In this document: in pieces, positions 26,662 through 41,372 of the stretch
Position numbering within the stretch: the stretch's first letter is position 1
Layout: every line of letters begins with the position of its first letter
DNA from: the human T2T-CHM13v2.0 reference genome, Homo sapiens
Length of the DNA: 64,000 nt
Direction: 5' to 3' (one strand)
Assembly: GCF_009914755.1 (NCBI RefSeq)
Contig: NC_060926.1
Position numbers and translations under genes: made by a program
The notes under the pieces: model-generated
What the model was told of the DNA's origin: nothing
What the model saw: the letters and a program-made list of their open reading frames with translations, nothing else
The model's database searches: none

Positions 26662-28199
26662 TTTATGGTGGTTCAAAATTAGTTCAGTGTATAATGAAGT
26701 TATTTCTGCTGTTCTGGTAAAGAAATATCTCCCAGGAAACTTCCTACTTCTCCCACTGCTTCCAAATGATCCTACATGCCCAGAGTGATGAGTAAAAGTA
26801 CATACCAAGAGGTCATTTTGTAATATGTATGTGTCTGAGAGCATCTGGTACCAAAAGCATTTGGAGAGAGAGGAAACACCACCATCACCACCACTTTGAT
26901 CTAGAATTGGAGAGCAATCATAATAACATATCTGATTACCTTTCACAGGAAAAGGAGTGTAATAGGATGAAAATACATTGTAAGATGGCTATGAGGTTAT
27001 ATTTCTAGGGTTAAGATTAGAGCACATTTCAGAAACCTTATAGCAACTTAATCTCTCTATTTCCATTTCTCTCTATCTTCTCTCAACCTTGTTTATTCCC
27101 ATCTTCCCTTTCAGGAAAATGAAGACAGTCAGGGATCATCAATAAATGAGATTCGTCTCTTAATGAAACTGGGAGTGGATGGGGAAGACCTTTTCTAGGG
27201 ATATCTTCTAGCGTTTTTCTACTTCTGTTTCTCTTAATGCCATATTATCCTGGTTGCTATTTTGCCTCGCCAACTGAGGTGGCCTAGGAGGTGCTACTAG
27301 AATCAGCAAAAATATATTGCTTGCTAATTAATTATCCTTCAACATAAATTCCTCAGTTTTCACAAGTAAAACAGATGTTTGCTCTTCTGCCCTATGGTTT
27401 TATCTTTTCCTTTAGTTGCATCAGCTTTGGGGAGTCTGAGAAGCTGTAACAGAATAAGTAATGTTTTTCTGATTACTGCATACAATGAGTTCTAAATGTC
27501 ACAAATAATTTACAAAATCAAGGAATTGCAGATTCACCTAATGTCTGTTTCTTAAAGAGCTTTTCTTTAATAAACTCTTGCCAGGGGGATGGAGTGTCCT
27601 ATGAGAGGCCTTACTTGGTTTATTCATGATGAATATGAGTATACACGATGAATACTTAAACATTTAATACTATCTTGCCTTTTGGAATATAACACATAAA
27701 CATACCTTCTTTTCCACTTTTTAAAAGTCAGAAGCATCTATGATACGGATCAAACATCATGAATCAACTCATAAATCACTTGCAATGCAAAAGGGTCTCG
27801 GGACACTCACTGCATTTATTCTCTGTATTTATTCTCACTGTATTTATTCTCTCAGCTTCTTTTTCACAGGTGGTCTCAGGCTGTCTGCTTCCCTCCTTCA
27901 ATCATCAGTATTTTTCTCAAGGCAGCCCTCTCTATTGGACTCTTTTTTTTTTTGAGTTTCTGTTATCTTCTCTTCCTCTTCTTCCTTCAGGCTGGAGGAG
28001 GCAATAGCACTATTATTACCATGCCAATGGTTCTATATTTTACGTTCTGGTTTTATTACATCCCTCTTGTACCCTTGTAAACAGTTCTTTATTCAACTGC
28101 ACTGTTTGTCTGAATTTAATGCAGCACCCAATTCCTGGGATCCTGACTGATAAGGATGCTAGTCTAGGAATAGGTAGTCTAGGAATAGGTTTGACATTA

Positions 28200-28905
28200 T
28201 CAGTGACATGTGAAGTAGGTGAAGAAAAAAGCCATGGAGGTGTGTGGGGGAAAGAACCATCTGCATAGAAAAACAGTAGCTTTATTCTTGGAATGTTGGA
28301 TTGACAATGAAGTGGACTGGGTGGCTGAAATGAAGTGGGAGAGAAGTAGGAAATTAAGTCAGAGAGGTAGTAGAATGAGGTGGGAAGATCACAGAGTGCC
28401 TTTATAGGGCATATACTCAGAATGAGATTAGAAATTAGCGGAGGTGATGATAAGCTTATAATGTGTCACTTTTGCTACTATTTGGAGAATAATCTCTATG
28501 GGGACAAAGATGGAAGCAGGGAGGCCAGTTAGGAGTCTGTTGAGAAAGGCAATGGTGATTGTAGAAGCAAAGATAGTGAGAAGCGATGGGGTTCGTGATG
28601 TATTTTGGCAAGATGGGGACAGGATTTGCTGATGGATATAGGATATTAAGAGAGGAATCTAGAATTATGCCAAGTTTAGCAACTGGGTGGATGGATCTGT
28701 CTTTTCTGATAGGAGAATAGTCATTGGAGGAAGAGTTTAGGGAGAAAGATCAGGAATTTGATTTTGTACCTGTTAACTTTGAGATGCGCCAAAGTAGTTG
28801 TATTTAGGCAGTTCATGGGAAATGTGTAGGCTAGAGATACAAATTGAGGAGTCGTCATCATATAGGTAGTATTTAAAGTTATGAAACATACTCAAATTAC
28901 CTAGG
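28200..28905 (-). mobile_element. L2 LINE relic
   Basis: ggaagcagggaggccagttaggag, gacaggatttgctgatggat, gggctagagatacaaattgaggagtcgtcatcatataggt-like motifs. Confidence 0.75.
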
Positions 28906-30242
28906 CTGTTGATTCTCAAATTATTTAGTTGGATATTTGTAAATATAGTTTTCACTGTAAATATATGGTGGTTAGGTCATTTCAGTCAGCATTTAAAATA
29001 ATTCTTAAGATTAGGTAAGTATTTTATAAAAATAAACTTATCTATTTTATAATTAGCAAGTATACTACCTAAGTACCTATAAATAGGTATATCCATAAAA
29101 TACTGACATGTCTATGTAAACTCAGGTAGACATATAAAGTATGTATAACACAAGAACTATGTTTGAAAATATTATTTGTCTTTTTGGTGGGCACTTTTAA
29201 ATGTCAGAAAGTGAGAGTAATCACTGATTTTCCTGCCAAACAGAATTAAATTACAACTCTGAGAGGAGAACATAAGGAGTGTTATTGCAGCTATCCTTGA
29301 AATGTCAGACTGCTTTTAAAATGTGATTATTTTAAGCCCTTTGTTTACACTGTGGCATCTTTATATGTAAAAAAATTTAAACACTTGGGCATTCTGTGAT
29401 TTATGTCTAACTTTTAGTATTTTGAATAAAAGGCAATTTGCAATAGTAAAGAAATCTTTATTACCAAAAACAGTAGACTAGGAGTCAGAAGTGTGGATTT
29501 CTAGAATATTTTGTCACCAACAAGCCATGTAAATTTATAATACTGAACTTCTCTGGGCTTCGTATTCTTTGTTTGAAAATGAAAAGGTTCATCTGGATTA
29601 CTGGTGTTTCCACAGTTCCATAGATGTCTCTCTCTCAGCTCCCCCGACAATGGGTCAGGTATGCCAAAGATGCCTGGGTCCTTCACTCTGTTTCAACCAG
29701 AGCCTTGAGCTTTTACTTGTTCTTTGTTAGTGCTACTAAGAAGATGTTTTGAACCACAAGATCACCAGTTAAATGGTCTTAATCTTGTGTAGGAAAAAAA
29801 AGTTTCAATTAGTTATGTACCAAGTTTTTGTTAGATTTGAGAGCTGCCTTATGACTAAAGCACTCCCTACAAAACATATCCCGCTAATTTCACAACCATC
29901 TTCCCAGGTAACTATTCTTTTTGTTTTCTTTTTCTTTTTGTCTCTGAAGTATAATTGAGCCTTAGCATTCTTTAATTATAGAGTCTTAGGATCTTACAGT
30001 TGAGACAGGCCTTAGAAATAATCTCTTTCAGCCTCTTTCCTGATACAGAATGAACACCACATCCCTGAGACTAGTTATCCAAAATCTATTTGCAGGGTGC
30101 CAGGGGCTCATCAACTGGGATGGTAATCCATTCCATTTTGTAATAGCTTTTATGTTTTCTTTTGTGCAGCCAAAATAAATATCTTTCAAACCCCTACTTT
30201 TTGGCCATTTTACTGTAGTGATTTGAAAACACTATCTGTGGT

Positions 30243-30372
30243 TAGTGGCTCTAAATTTACTATACATAAGAATCACTTAGAGCATTAAGTTGAATATTCC
30301 AGAACTCCATATCCAAAGATTATTTCAATAGATCAGGGATGGAGTTCAGCAAATTTACATTTTTTGCAAACA
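30243..30372. mobile_element. MER5A-like DNA transposon fragment
   Basis: tagtggctctaaattt..cataagaatcactta...tagatcagggatggagttcag..atttacattttt. Confidence 0.55.
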
Positions 30373-30940
30373 TTTGATTTGATTATAAATTTAGATTGTT
30401 ATTATAACAACACATAATCTTGTGGATTGGAAAATTCTGTTATAGTTTGTATAATGTGATTCCATTTTGGTATGTAATGACATTTATGTATTTAAAAAAT
30501 CCATTTAGGAGGATATCCTCAAAATGTTATCAATGCTTGATTATTTCTGATTGTTGGGAAAATGGACAAATTATACTTTTACTTATTTTTACATTCCTAA
30601 TGTAAAGATAATGATTTCTACAATTATTACATATAACTTTTATCATTAAAATATTTAATGGGCAACTTATATTTTTACTTGTCTTCATATCTTGTTTCTG
30701 TAATGACTATATTGTTATTAAAATGAAAAAAATTTAATGAGTAATTTATCTCCCCACTACTTATCATAAAGATGATTTTGTAGAAGGTAGAGATTTGCAA
30801 GGATGACAGAGATGTAGCTCATACGGCAACATTCCTATTGATACTGAGTGTTTTCAGGGTACATTAGAGTAAGGGTCCTTGGGTACAAAATTCTGACTCT
30901 TCCAATATTCTCTAAGGGAGGATGATGATAGCATTAATAG

Positions 30941-31281
<341 letters not shown>

Positions 31282-31762
31282 AAATCTCATTTATTCTTTT
31301 AACAAACACTTGTGTTCCAGGATCTGTGCCAGTCATGAGAGCCAGAAAGAAAAACCTGTGTACCTAATTCCTACTATAGCAGGGGAAGAAAAAGTGGCAT
31401 AAATAACAGATGTGCTGTCTATGCCTGGGAAGCTCTGGGGTGGTTTCACTGCAGAGTGGCTGAATGAGGGGAATCTTGAAAGTGAGGATCAGTCTTATCC
31501 AAGCAGATGTGGGATGGGAGAGACTTTTTCTTTGAAAGGCCCTATGCAAAGCTACAGAAATGTGACCTAGTGTGTTATAAATTCAGAACTGTGAGTAATT
31601 TGATATGGTTAGAGCACTGCATACCCATAGGGAATTTCATGAGGTAACTTTGGGTGGATAAGCAGGATCTCAATTTTGCGGTAACTTATATGCCATTTTA
31701 AAGAGCTTGGATAAGTAGCTTCGTCAGCTTTTGTATTGTGGCAGCAGTATGGCAGGTATACA

Positions 31763-32058
31763 CTGAGTGTGGTGGCTCATGCCTGTAATCCCAGCAGTTT
31801 TGGGAGGACATGGCTGGCGGATTGCCTGAACCCAGGAGCTCCAGACCAGCCTAGGCAATATAGTGAGACCTCGTCTCTACAAAAAATAAAAACATTAGCG
31901 GGGCATGGTGGTGTGTGCCTGCAGCCCCAGCTATTAGGGAGGCTGAGGTGGGAGCATTGCTTGAACCCAGGAGACTGAGGCTTACAGTGAGCCAAGATCA
32001 TGCCACTGCACTCCAGCATGGGTGACAGGGAGAGACCTTGTCTAAAAAAAAAAAAAAA
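31763..32058 (+). mobile_element. AluJ inserted in an antisense L2
   Basis: J-type dimer with A15 tail; TSD tggcaggtatac at 31750 and 32061. Confidence 0.93.
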
Positions 32059-33187
32059 TTTGGCAGGTATACTGAAGGGAATGGCTACAGATAGAAAGAC
32101 AGATTAGAAGACTATTCTAATACTAAGAAGCATTTTGAGGCAAGCGTTATTAAGGGGTTGAAAATAGTATTCCAGATATTCAAGCAGGTGACAATATTTT
32201 GGGCAAATATCTCTTACTAAGTAAGAGGCAATTGGTTTAGGCAAGCCAGGATTAATTCTCTTTGTGTTTTTTGTTTCTAACTCAAAGTAGGTAGTAATTA
32301 TGTACAGCATCTCTTAATCTGTAAACTCTTATCTTCTCTTTTCTAATCACCCCAAGAAACTATTAATCTTAGCTTAAGGAAAATAAAGGATAACTTTAAC
32401 TTCCAGTGTCTGTTAAAAGGAGAGTTCATTTTGTACTCCTTAGGGTTGAAGAAGTTGTATGTTAAGAAAAGCCAATTTAGAAGACATGTAATTTTACAAT
32501 TACTAGTGTTCTCTTACTTGAATTTTAATGACAATACTACCACTCTGAATTTTGTTATGTGCTTTGCCCTCAAGCCTGTGAACAGCAGTTTGAAACCATA
32601 TGATTCTCTGAGATCTCTCCTTAAGACCAGCTGCAGTTCGGATGTGATCACTCATTGTTCTATAATAAGCAGCTTAGACCCAACTAGCCACCCTTTGGAC
32701 TGAGACCATACAAAGCTGTTTCTGTCCCACATAGGCAGGGACTCCGTGCACTCCAGGCTCAGCTGCAGGGCCTGCTGAATTAATCAAAGGGTTCTTAGAC
32801 CACATTCCCTAAAGACTAGGGAATTTCTGTAGTGACTCCACCCCAACGCTGAACTCCTTGCCCTTTTTAAATGTTCTTCTGACAGCTGGGGACCTGAGAG
32901 CAGTCTAACTCCCAGAAGATAACTTTGGAAGAGTGTTCCCAAAAGTTTATTGAGGAGAAATGTAGAATTACATGCTCTTTTGCCTGTCAGAATTTATGAA
33001 AAAAGTTAATTTGCAATTAATAACGTTGGTAAGCATTCTAGAATATAATAGGCACTGCATTTAGTGCCTTACTTTCACTATGTCACTTAGTTCCGGTAAC
33101 ACCTTATCAGATACTTATAATTATTTCTGTTTTACAAAGGAGGAAATGGAGAGCCTACTGGGATATGGATGTCTGACAACTTAGGAC

Positions 33188-33372
33188 AAGTGGTTCTCAA
33201 CTCTGGCTACACATTGAAACCACCTGAAAAGCTTTTTTAAAATTCAGACTTCTGGGTCTATAGCAGGTAAATTTGATTAAAATCTCTGGGGGTGTGGTCC
33301 ATGTATAAGAGTTTTAAAACAAAGGAAGCCTTCTCAGGTTGATTCCCATTTGCAGCTAGGATTGACAAGTCT
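33188..33372. mobile_element. MER5B/MER5A1-like DNA transposon
   Basis: agtggttctcaactctggctacacattgaaaccacctg...aaatctctgggggtg...gattcccatttgcagctaggattga. Confidence 0.7.
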
Positions 33373-35179
33373 AGTCCTGATGTGTCTGAGACTCATACCT
33401 TATCAAATCATGGTCCCTCGCTCAGCAGCATTTGTATCAGGTAGAAATCCAGAGTATTAGGACTGTCCATGACCGACTATATCAAAATCCAAATTGTAAA
33501 CAGATCTCTAGGCAACTATTTGTATTGCCTTTGCAACTTTTCTGTAATTCCAAAGCTATTATAAAATTAAAATTGTTTATTAGGGGAATAAAAGATCATA
33601 TTTGGGATAGAAAGGTCAATACCTTTCCTCCAGAAACTCTGTCTAGCAAGAGAGAAACTTATTAAAAGGAATCTGCTACAAGTTGTGATGGAAATAATGC
33701 AAAATGTGCTGTCATGGTATAGGAGGAAATGAAAAACGCTGCTTGGAGGAATTAGAGAAAATTGCCAAAGGAAGGTGACTTGAAGGCACTTCAGGCACAG
33801 AGAAAGATATACGGAACAATTTTTAAAAGAGAAGTTGCTGATATAAAAGGAATTTAAAAAGGAACATAAGCCTTTGCTTTGATTAAAATGTAATGTTTAA
33901 TACACATGTGTATATTTTTGATATATCATAAACTGTAACTGAAAATTGAGAATTAGTGCCAGACTAGAAAGGTAATATAATAATTAATGGAAGAGTTTAT
34001 TTCTCTTTTCTGGGGAAAGCAGAGTAAATTAATTATTTATAACATTAACACTTTTGGCAGGGGGGAAGAGACTTTTTTGATTAATTCTCTCTTCTTGTGG
34101 CTGTTGTGACCCTTTTCTCTCTTGATTCATCAGTTTGTTGTATATGCCATGCTTAAATTCTCTACTGGGCCCTTTCAGATGTTTTCTTTGCATTTACAAA
34201 GAACTTCTGAGCATATCCAACCCTTTTAATCCTGGTTACCTCATCTTCACCCTACAGCTAGGTTTCTGCTCAGAATCGCTTCTAAAAAGCCCTTGCTAAT
34301 TATTTGCAGTGTGGATTGGGTACCATTCTTTTGGGTCCCCGTAGCATCCTGTATACATCACATTGCTGCAAATTTTCGTTTTCTCTGTTTCTGTCATTAA
34401 CTAATAAGTACCTTGAAGGCAAGGGCTATTTTCAGTGACTTCCGTGTCTATAGTACTTTGCATAGGATTTGACGCAAAAAAATGCTTTGAAATAATCCCT
34501 TCAAGTGACAACAAAAGCCTATTTTTGCCCTTAGTTTATAGTAACAAGATAATCTTTGGAGATGGCAATTAAAGATTGAAATGCTGTTAGCATTAGGAGC
34601 TAGCAAGAAACTTAGAGACTTCAACTTGTATGTAACACATGCCTGGCATAAAGCAGAATTTTGGTTGTGTGAAAGTGGGAACACTCTCATTTTATACATG
34701 AGGGCTTTCTGATTTAGATTATGTTACAGATATGTCTCCCTTAGCATATTATTAAGAGAATATAAACTCAGATATGGATATCATTGTTCATAAATTAATA
34801 ATAATTGTATACCTTCCAATTATGAAATACCTATGCATGTTGTGTTATAAAGTGCTCTTTACATATATGATTATATTTAATTCTCTGAAAAATCCTAAGC
34901 AGGTTATATTAGATTGGGGGGCACAGACTTGGACTTAGAAATGTATAATTATAAAACGCATGTTTTTTCCCTAGTCAATGTCCTTTCTGCTCTGCCCTGC
35001 TGCCTTTCTTTAAGAAGCAGCTGAAACTTCTGATATTTTTCTCTTCCAGGAGATTGCGTGGTTGGGAATCAAGAACTTGCCCTTTGATCACTAATTTACT
35101 GTGTGATTATATACAAATCACTGAGCCTCTCTTTCTCAGTCTACATGTTTGTGAAATGGGCCTATTGAACTATATCATG

Positions 35180-35680
35180 AATTTATTCTTATGCAACATA
35201 TATTTGAAAGCCTGCTATGAGCCAGATACTGTTCTAGGTGCTGAAGATACAGCATCAAAAAGGACAGACAAGATCCCTAATCTCACAGAGCTTTCATTAT
35301 GGCATATCAGGCTGAAAATAAACATATTAAATAAAATCATGTAGTGATTAACATCATGAAGCAGATAAATGGAAAAACAAGGAAGAATGTGGCTGGAGTG
35401 TCCTGGAATGTGGTGGGAGACATCCATGGATGAGGTGGTCTGGAAAGTCTTCACTGAAGAAATAACATTTGGTATCTGAGAACAAAGCAATAGTTAGCAT
35501 GAATATATGTGGGCATGTAGATTTGAAGGCTGAAGGAGGCTCAAGGCTAGAAATTCTAAGGCTATAAAAGTTTTGCTTATAGGAGGACCACTAAAAGACT
35601 AGTGTAGCTGGTGGGAAAAGTGGCAGGAGACAAGGTGAGAAGTTGGCAGGTCTAGATCATGGACTTATAGTCAATGGTTT
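35180..35680 (-). mobile_element. L2 3' end (antisense), preceded by a MIR at about 35060-35175
   Basis: atttattcttatgcaacatatatttgaaagcctgctatgagccagatactgttctaggtgctgaagatacagc. Confidence 0.75.
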
Positions 35681-35876
35681 CAGGCTGTTTCTCAAACACC
35701 AGTGTGCAGATACTCTAGGGCAATCCATGATAATTTTTTCATATCTTTGATGCCTTTGTTACCTTTGACACCTTTGATAATTCCTTCCAACTCTGTGATA
35801 CCTTTCATGGTTTTAGAAAATCTTTCCTTGTGAGTAGTTTCCCAGAATAGAAACCAGAAACTTGCTTCTCCTATAA

Positions 35877-36652
<776 letters not shown>

Positions 36653-37065
36653 GCCAAAGCCTTGAACTTGAAAGGAAGGGACAGGGAGATTTCCTGTCTG
36701 TGTCCGAGAAGCACTAGATCCATGAGATTAATTCCAACTCTAAATTCTTGGGCTAATTTCTGGACAAAAATGAACTGGAGATGTAAATTCTGCTTATTTC
36801 AAAGTCCTGTTTTCCGTATTTGTATTTTCAAAATTAGTATTTGTAATTCCTTTAATTATAAATTAAATTCCTTTAATTTAAAGAGCAGGTTCTTGTACAA
36901 AGATACTACCTTCCCTCTAGATTTAAGATCTTACTGGGCTCCTCAATATATCATTGATATATCATTGATGAACAATTCCTCTCTGAGATCACCCCTCATT
37001 GGTACAACTGAAGTATTTAATTATTAACCACAATCTTAAGAATATATTTGTTTTTGGGGAAAACA

Positions 37066-37389
37066 ATTTTTTTTTTTTTTTTTGAGTCAGAGTCTCACTC
37101 TGTCTCCCAGGCTGGAGTGCTGTGGTGAGACCAGAGCTCACTGCAGTCTCCATCTCCCAGGGCTCACTGCAGTCTCCATCTCCCAGGCTCAAGTGATCCT
37201 CCCACTTCAGCCTCCCAAGTAGCCGGAACTACAAGTGCATCCCACCACACCCAGCTAATTTCTAAGTTTTTTGTAGTGACGGGGTCTTGCTCTGTTGCCA
37301 GGGCTGGTCTTGAACTCCTAGGCTCAAGCAACCCTCCCACCTCGGCCCTTCCAAAGTGCTGGGATTACAAGTGTGAGCCACCATGCCTA
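37066..37389 (-). mobile_element. AluJ with an internal 26-bp perfect duplication
   Basis: J-type antisense Alu; gctcactgcagtctccatctcccagg twice (37136-37187). Confidence 0.93.
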
Positions 37390-39002
37390 CACTTGGAGAA
37401 ATTTTTGATGTCTGTTTAGTAATAATACTTTCAATAAAATATGTCATCAGCATTTTATGAAGTCAGCTATATTGCATCTGAGAAACGGCTTCTAAAATTT
37501 ATGTGTTTCTTAGTAGCTGTACAAGAGTAAGGTGAAAATGTGTTTATAATTTTCACCACTCCCATCTGTCCAGTACTAGTGCCAGGCTAATCTCAGAAGA
37601 ATTGTTAAAAAGGTAGCTACTTCTCTAAAATGACTTTCCATTTTCACCTCTTTGGCTACCCTTCCACTCTGTGTGGAAGTTCTGAATCTTCACCAACTAC
37701 TGACAGTTTTATTTCCTAGAAGTTATTCTTATAATTGTAGTTAAGTTTTTCTTTTTTATTGACATGTTGGGTACAATGCTCTTTATGATGACTACTAGCA
37801 AAGAAAATCCATCTTCCAGTGCCTCTGTAGGTAAAAATGGTGATTGACTCCTAGAAATAGTTAGCTTATTGTTTACCTTGATGAAAATTGCTTAATTTTT
37901 ACAAATAGAAGACATGAGGTACTCTTATTTTTCTTGTTTAAAGGCCAGTTTTCTATGATACCAGTATACACATTTAAAAGCAGCTCACTTTGAATATCAG
38001 TTTAAAAGCAGATATTTGACTTGAAATGTCTTTGTGTGAGATGTTATCATTAGACTTATGCAGATTTAGGCTTGGCTTTGCTTGTGAATTATCAGAGACT
38101 TTCTGTTTAGATGATGCTTTGTCAGTATGTTTTTGGTGTTTCAAGTTTATAGTCACTTGAGCATTATCACCTAGGGATATTCTCTTTGTCATTAGATGGG
38201 TTTTAGAGATGCTTTGGATGGAAAATTCTCACCCTAGAACATCTTTTTGGCTGTCTTGGTTTCCCCCTTTTGTTTTAAGACATGGTATACATTTTTAATT
38301 ATACATTACTTAAAAACTAAGGTTGGAAATGCACATTTGTTGTCTCATTGGGGAAGTTTTGAGAAATTGAAGTTAAATCCTCAGCATTTGCAAAAGAATA
38401 CCATATTTCCTGCATAGCCTGTAGAACCATTAGCCAATTAAACCTGTTAAACTAAGGTTTCAAAATAACCATCATTCTAGGTTATGGGTACATGAAGGTT
38501 TACTATGTTTTCCTGTCTGCTTTGTCTTTTGATATATTTGATTTTCTACATAATAAAAGCTTAAAAAGAAAACATTATATGTTAGTTTAATGTAACCCTG
38601 TGACCTAGGCAATTCACTGGGCTTCTTTGAGCTTCAGCATCCTTATTTGTAAAATAGGAATCACTGCCTCATTTATAGGATTAGGATTTTATCAGAAAAT
38701 GAATGCTCTAGTGTTCCAATGTGGACTTTAAAGTACTGTTCACTTGTTGAGTATTAATTAAAAAGGACTTTGTGCAAGTGTCACTCAATATGGATGAACC
38801 TAAAAAGAACGAGAGAGATTTGTATAATTGTTTTTTGTATTAAAATAATGTAGGATCATAGAATCTAAGAGAGGGGATGGACTACCTTTAGGAGGTGGTC
38901 ACTTACGAAATGATGAAATGAAAGTAAGCATAACTTGGGGCAAGGAACCCTTCAGTTTCTGTGTTAGAGAAGGGAATAGTGAACTTAGTTAAATATAGAT
39001 GA

Positions 39003-40262
39003 TGTTAGGTCATTTTCATATTGCTATAAAGAAATACCTGAGACTGGGTAATTTATCAATAAAACAGGTTTAATTGGCTAATGGTTCTGCAGACTATGCA
39101 GGAAATATGGTACTGGTGAGACAGGAAATTTTTCTTGACCCCTTCACAGGCCTTGCAACAGGGGTGCCTTGCTTACTCAGCCCATAGCTCTCTACCCCTC
39201 GCGGGAGGGGGAGATGCAGATGAGTGGGTGCAGGAGTTGGGGCAAGTGCTTCTGGGCACCAGCAGGAGCAAAACTCTGTGTGGGTCTGCAGGGCAGCATC
39301 TGTTGGGGAGTACTCATGACCCCTGAAGCCTCAGAGGGCTTGTGTTGCCATGTGCTCTTTTAGCTTTGCTGTCGTGGATGACTTAAGTGTTAAATAGCTC
39401 AGTAGGCCCTCTGTCTTTTTGTGTGAGGTGATTGCTTTCTGCTAGTGAGGGCAGAGGGTAAGTATGACAGCCTTTAGCATCAGCACCCGTCACACCCGAG
39501 CTCTTTTTCGGCATCCGGGAAAAATCAGATCGCACAAACGAATTGAAGGGTGGTGAATGCAGAGGACTTTATTGCCCATGGAGGTGGCACTCAGTGGGAA
39601 GGGGAGTTGGAAAGGGGAGGGAGCGGGAAAGTATTCTTCCCCTGAAGAACAGTCATTTCTGGCTGGACTGAACTCTGAAGTCACGCCATCAAGCCGTCTC
39701 TCTGAAATCAATCTGCTTCTCTCCGACATTCAGCTGTTTCTTCTTTTCTCCTCTTCTCTGCTCTCTGCCAGTGGAGCCTGGGGTTTTTATGGGTACAGGA
39801 TAGGGGATGGGACAGGTCAGGGGTGGTTTTGGAAAAGGCAGCTTTTGAATGGGAAAACAGGAATGCATGTTCTCACTTTGGGCTGTGGTTCCGGGCTTGA
39901 GAGGTGGGGCTTCACCAGGGACCCTGACCTTTTCTGCCTAGAATTTCTTTGCCTCCTGTTCCTATCACTGGCATCTACTTGGCTTCCGGGGAGACCTCAG
40001 GGAGCTTTTACTCATGGTAGAAGGTGAAGCAGGAGCAGGCACATCGCATGGTGAAAGCAGGAGCAAAAGACAGAGAGGATGGGAAGGTGCCGCACACTTC
40101 TAAACAGCCAGATCTCATGAGAACTCACTGTCACAGCACAGTGCCAAGGGGATGATGCTAAACCATTCATGAGAAATCCACTCCTGTCATCCAATCACCT
40201 CCCACAAGGCTCCACCTCCAATATTGGGGATTATAATTCAACATGAGATTGAGATGGGACAG
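39003..40262 (-). mobile_element. MST (MSTA/B) MaLR LTR, split by a nested ERV1 LTR
   Basis: ttgctataaagaaatacctgagactgggtaattt (39003-39116) resumes as ggcatctacttggcttccggggagacctcagg...caacatgagatt (39968-40262). Confidence 0.9.
39117..39967 (-). mobile_element. ERV1 solo LTR (LTR27/LTR28/MER52 group)
   Basis: Reverse strand starts TGATAGGAACAGGAGGCAAAGAAATTCTAGGCAGAAAAGG and ends ...aaatttcctgtctCA; perfect 4-bp TSD ctgg. Confidence 0.88.
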
Positions 40263-40449
40263 TTATCATCATAAAGGATAACTGTTTCTTTGTTGGGGGA
40301 CATCCTTGATACTGTCTTATTTAATACCAGTTTTGCTGCCTGCTGGAGAAAAAAGACTAGACTGGCTTCTCCGAGAGTCTCAGGGGAATTTATATCTGCT
40401 ATAAAGGATCGATTTTCAGACAATACATTATGAAAACTTAATTCTAACT

Positions 40450-40700
40450 AATAGCAGATAACATTTATTCAGAGCTTACTGTGTGCCAAGAAATGTACAG
40501 TTTTTAATATAAATTATCACATTTCTTTCTCAAAAGTACATAATTAAAGATTGCTTTTTTTTCATTACATGGATGAGATAGGAAATTGTGGCTCAGAGAG
40601 GTTAATACTTTGCCTAAAGTCATAAAACTAAAAAAGTGATAGAACTAAGAATAGAAATTGCTAGTCTAACTCTACAACTTGTGGTTTGTATTATACCATA
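40450..40700 (-). mobile_element. MIR
   Basis: acatttattcagagcttactgtgtgccaag...ggaaattgtggctcagagaggttaatactttgcctaaagtcata. Confidence 0.75.
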
Positions 40701-40894
40701 TTGGGCTCTTTACAGCAATTAATTCAGTCTAGGCACTTAACTTTTTTTGTTTTCTTACCTCTTTCTATACACTCCTTTAGTGTGCTATATGAGCAGATAT
40801 ATTTGAGATTTTATTATAACAGTCCTAAAAGTCCATTTTTAGAAGTAGAAAGAACATAAACAAAAATATATCAATACATGTAAGTGATTAAATA

Positions 40895-41372
40895 TTGGGT
40901 TAGTAATGGCTGGAAGTGCTATAACAAATACCATACACTTGGTGGCTGAAAGCAGCAGACATTTATTCTCTCACAGTTCTGGAGGCCGGAAGTTCAAAAT
41001 CAGTGGTTGGGTTGGTTTGGCAGGGTTGGTTTCTTCTGGAGGCTCTGAGGGAAAATCTGTTTCACGAGTCTCTCCTAGCCCTTGGTGGTGGCTGGTAGTC
41101 CTTGGCACATGGCTGCATGACTCTAATCTTTGTCTATACCTTCACATGGTTTTCCTCCATGTCTCTTTGTGTCTCAGATCTCTCCTTTTATAAGGACACT
41201 GATCATCACTGGATTTAGGGCCTACCCTAAATCCAGGATGATTTTATCTGAATTTTTTTAACCTTATGAAGTACATCTACAAAGAGACTATTTCCAGATA
41301 AGGTCACATTCACAGATACCGGGGGTTAGGACTTGGACATATCTTTTGGGGACCACTATTTTTAAACCATAC
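40895..41372 (-). mobile_element. MLT1B/C MaLR LTR
   Basis: gctataacaaataccatacacttggtggct...tctcacagttctggaggccggaagttcaaaatc...ttccagataaggtcacattcacag. Confidence 0.88.

Noticed and set aside
28159-28189. Short tandem duplications (tagtctaggaatagg x2; also 3049-3100 and 35745-35780)
   Set aside because: Ordinary slippage events with no sign of function.
29011-29020. Perfect AG|GTAAGT donors (also about 46070)
   Set aside because: No convincing upstream acceptor or open exon; the second lies within a MIR.
32620-32890. Three CAGCTG E-boxes in a GC-richer patch
   Set aside because: Short motifs at a density too low to support an enhancer call from sequence alone.
39557-40027. 156-aa ORF
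   Set aside because: Lies antisense within an LTR and crosses into the MST; a chance ORF in GC-rich sequence.
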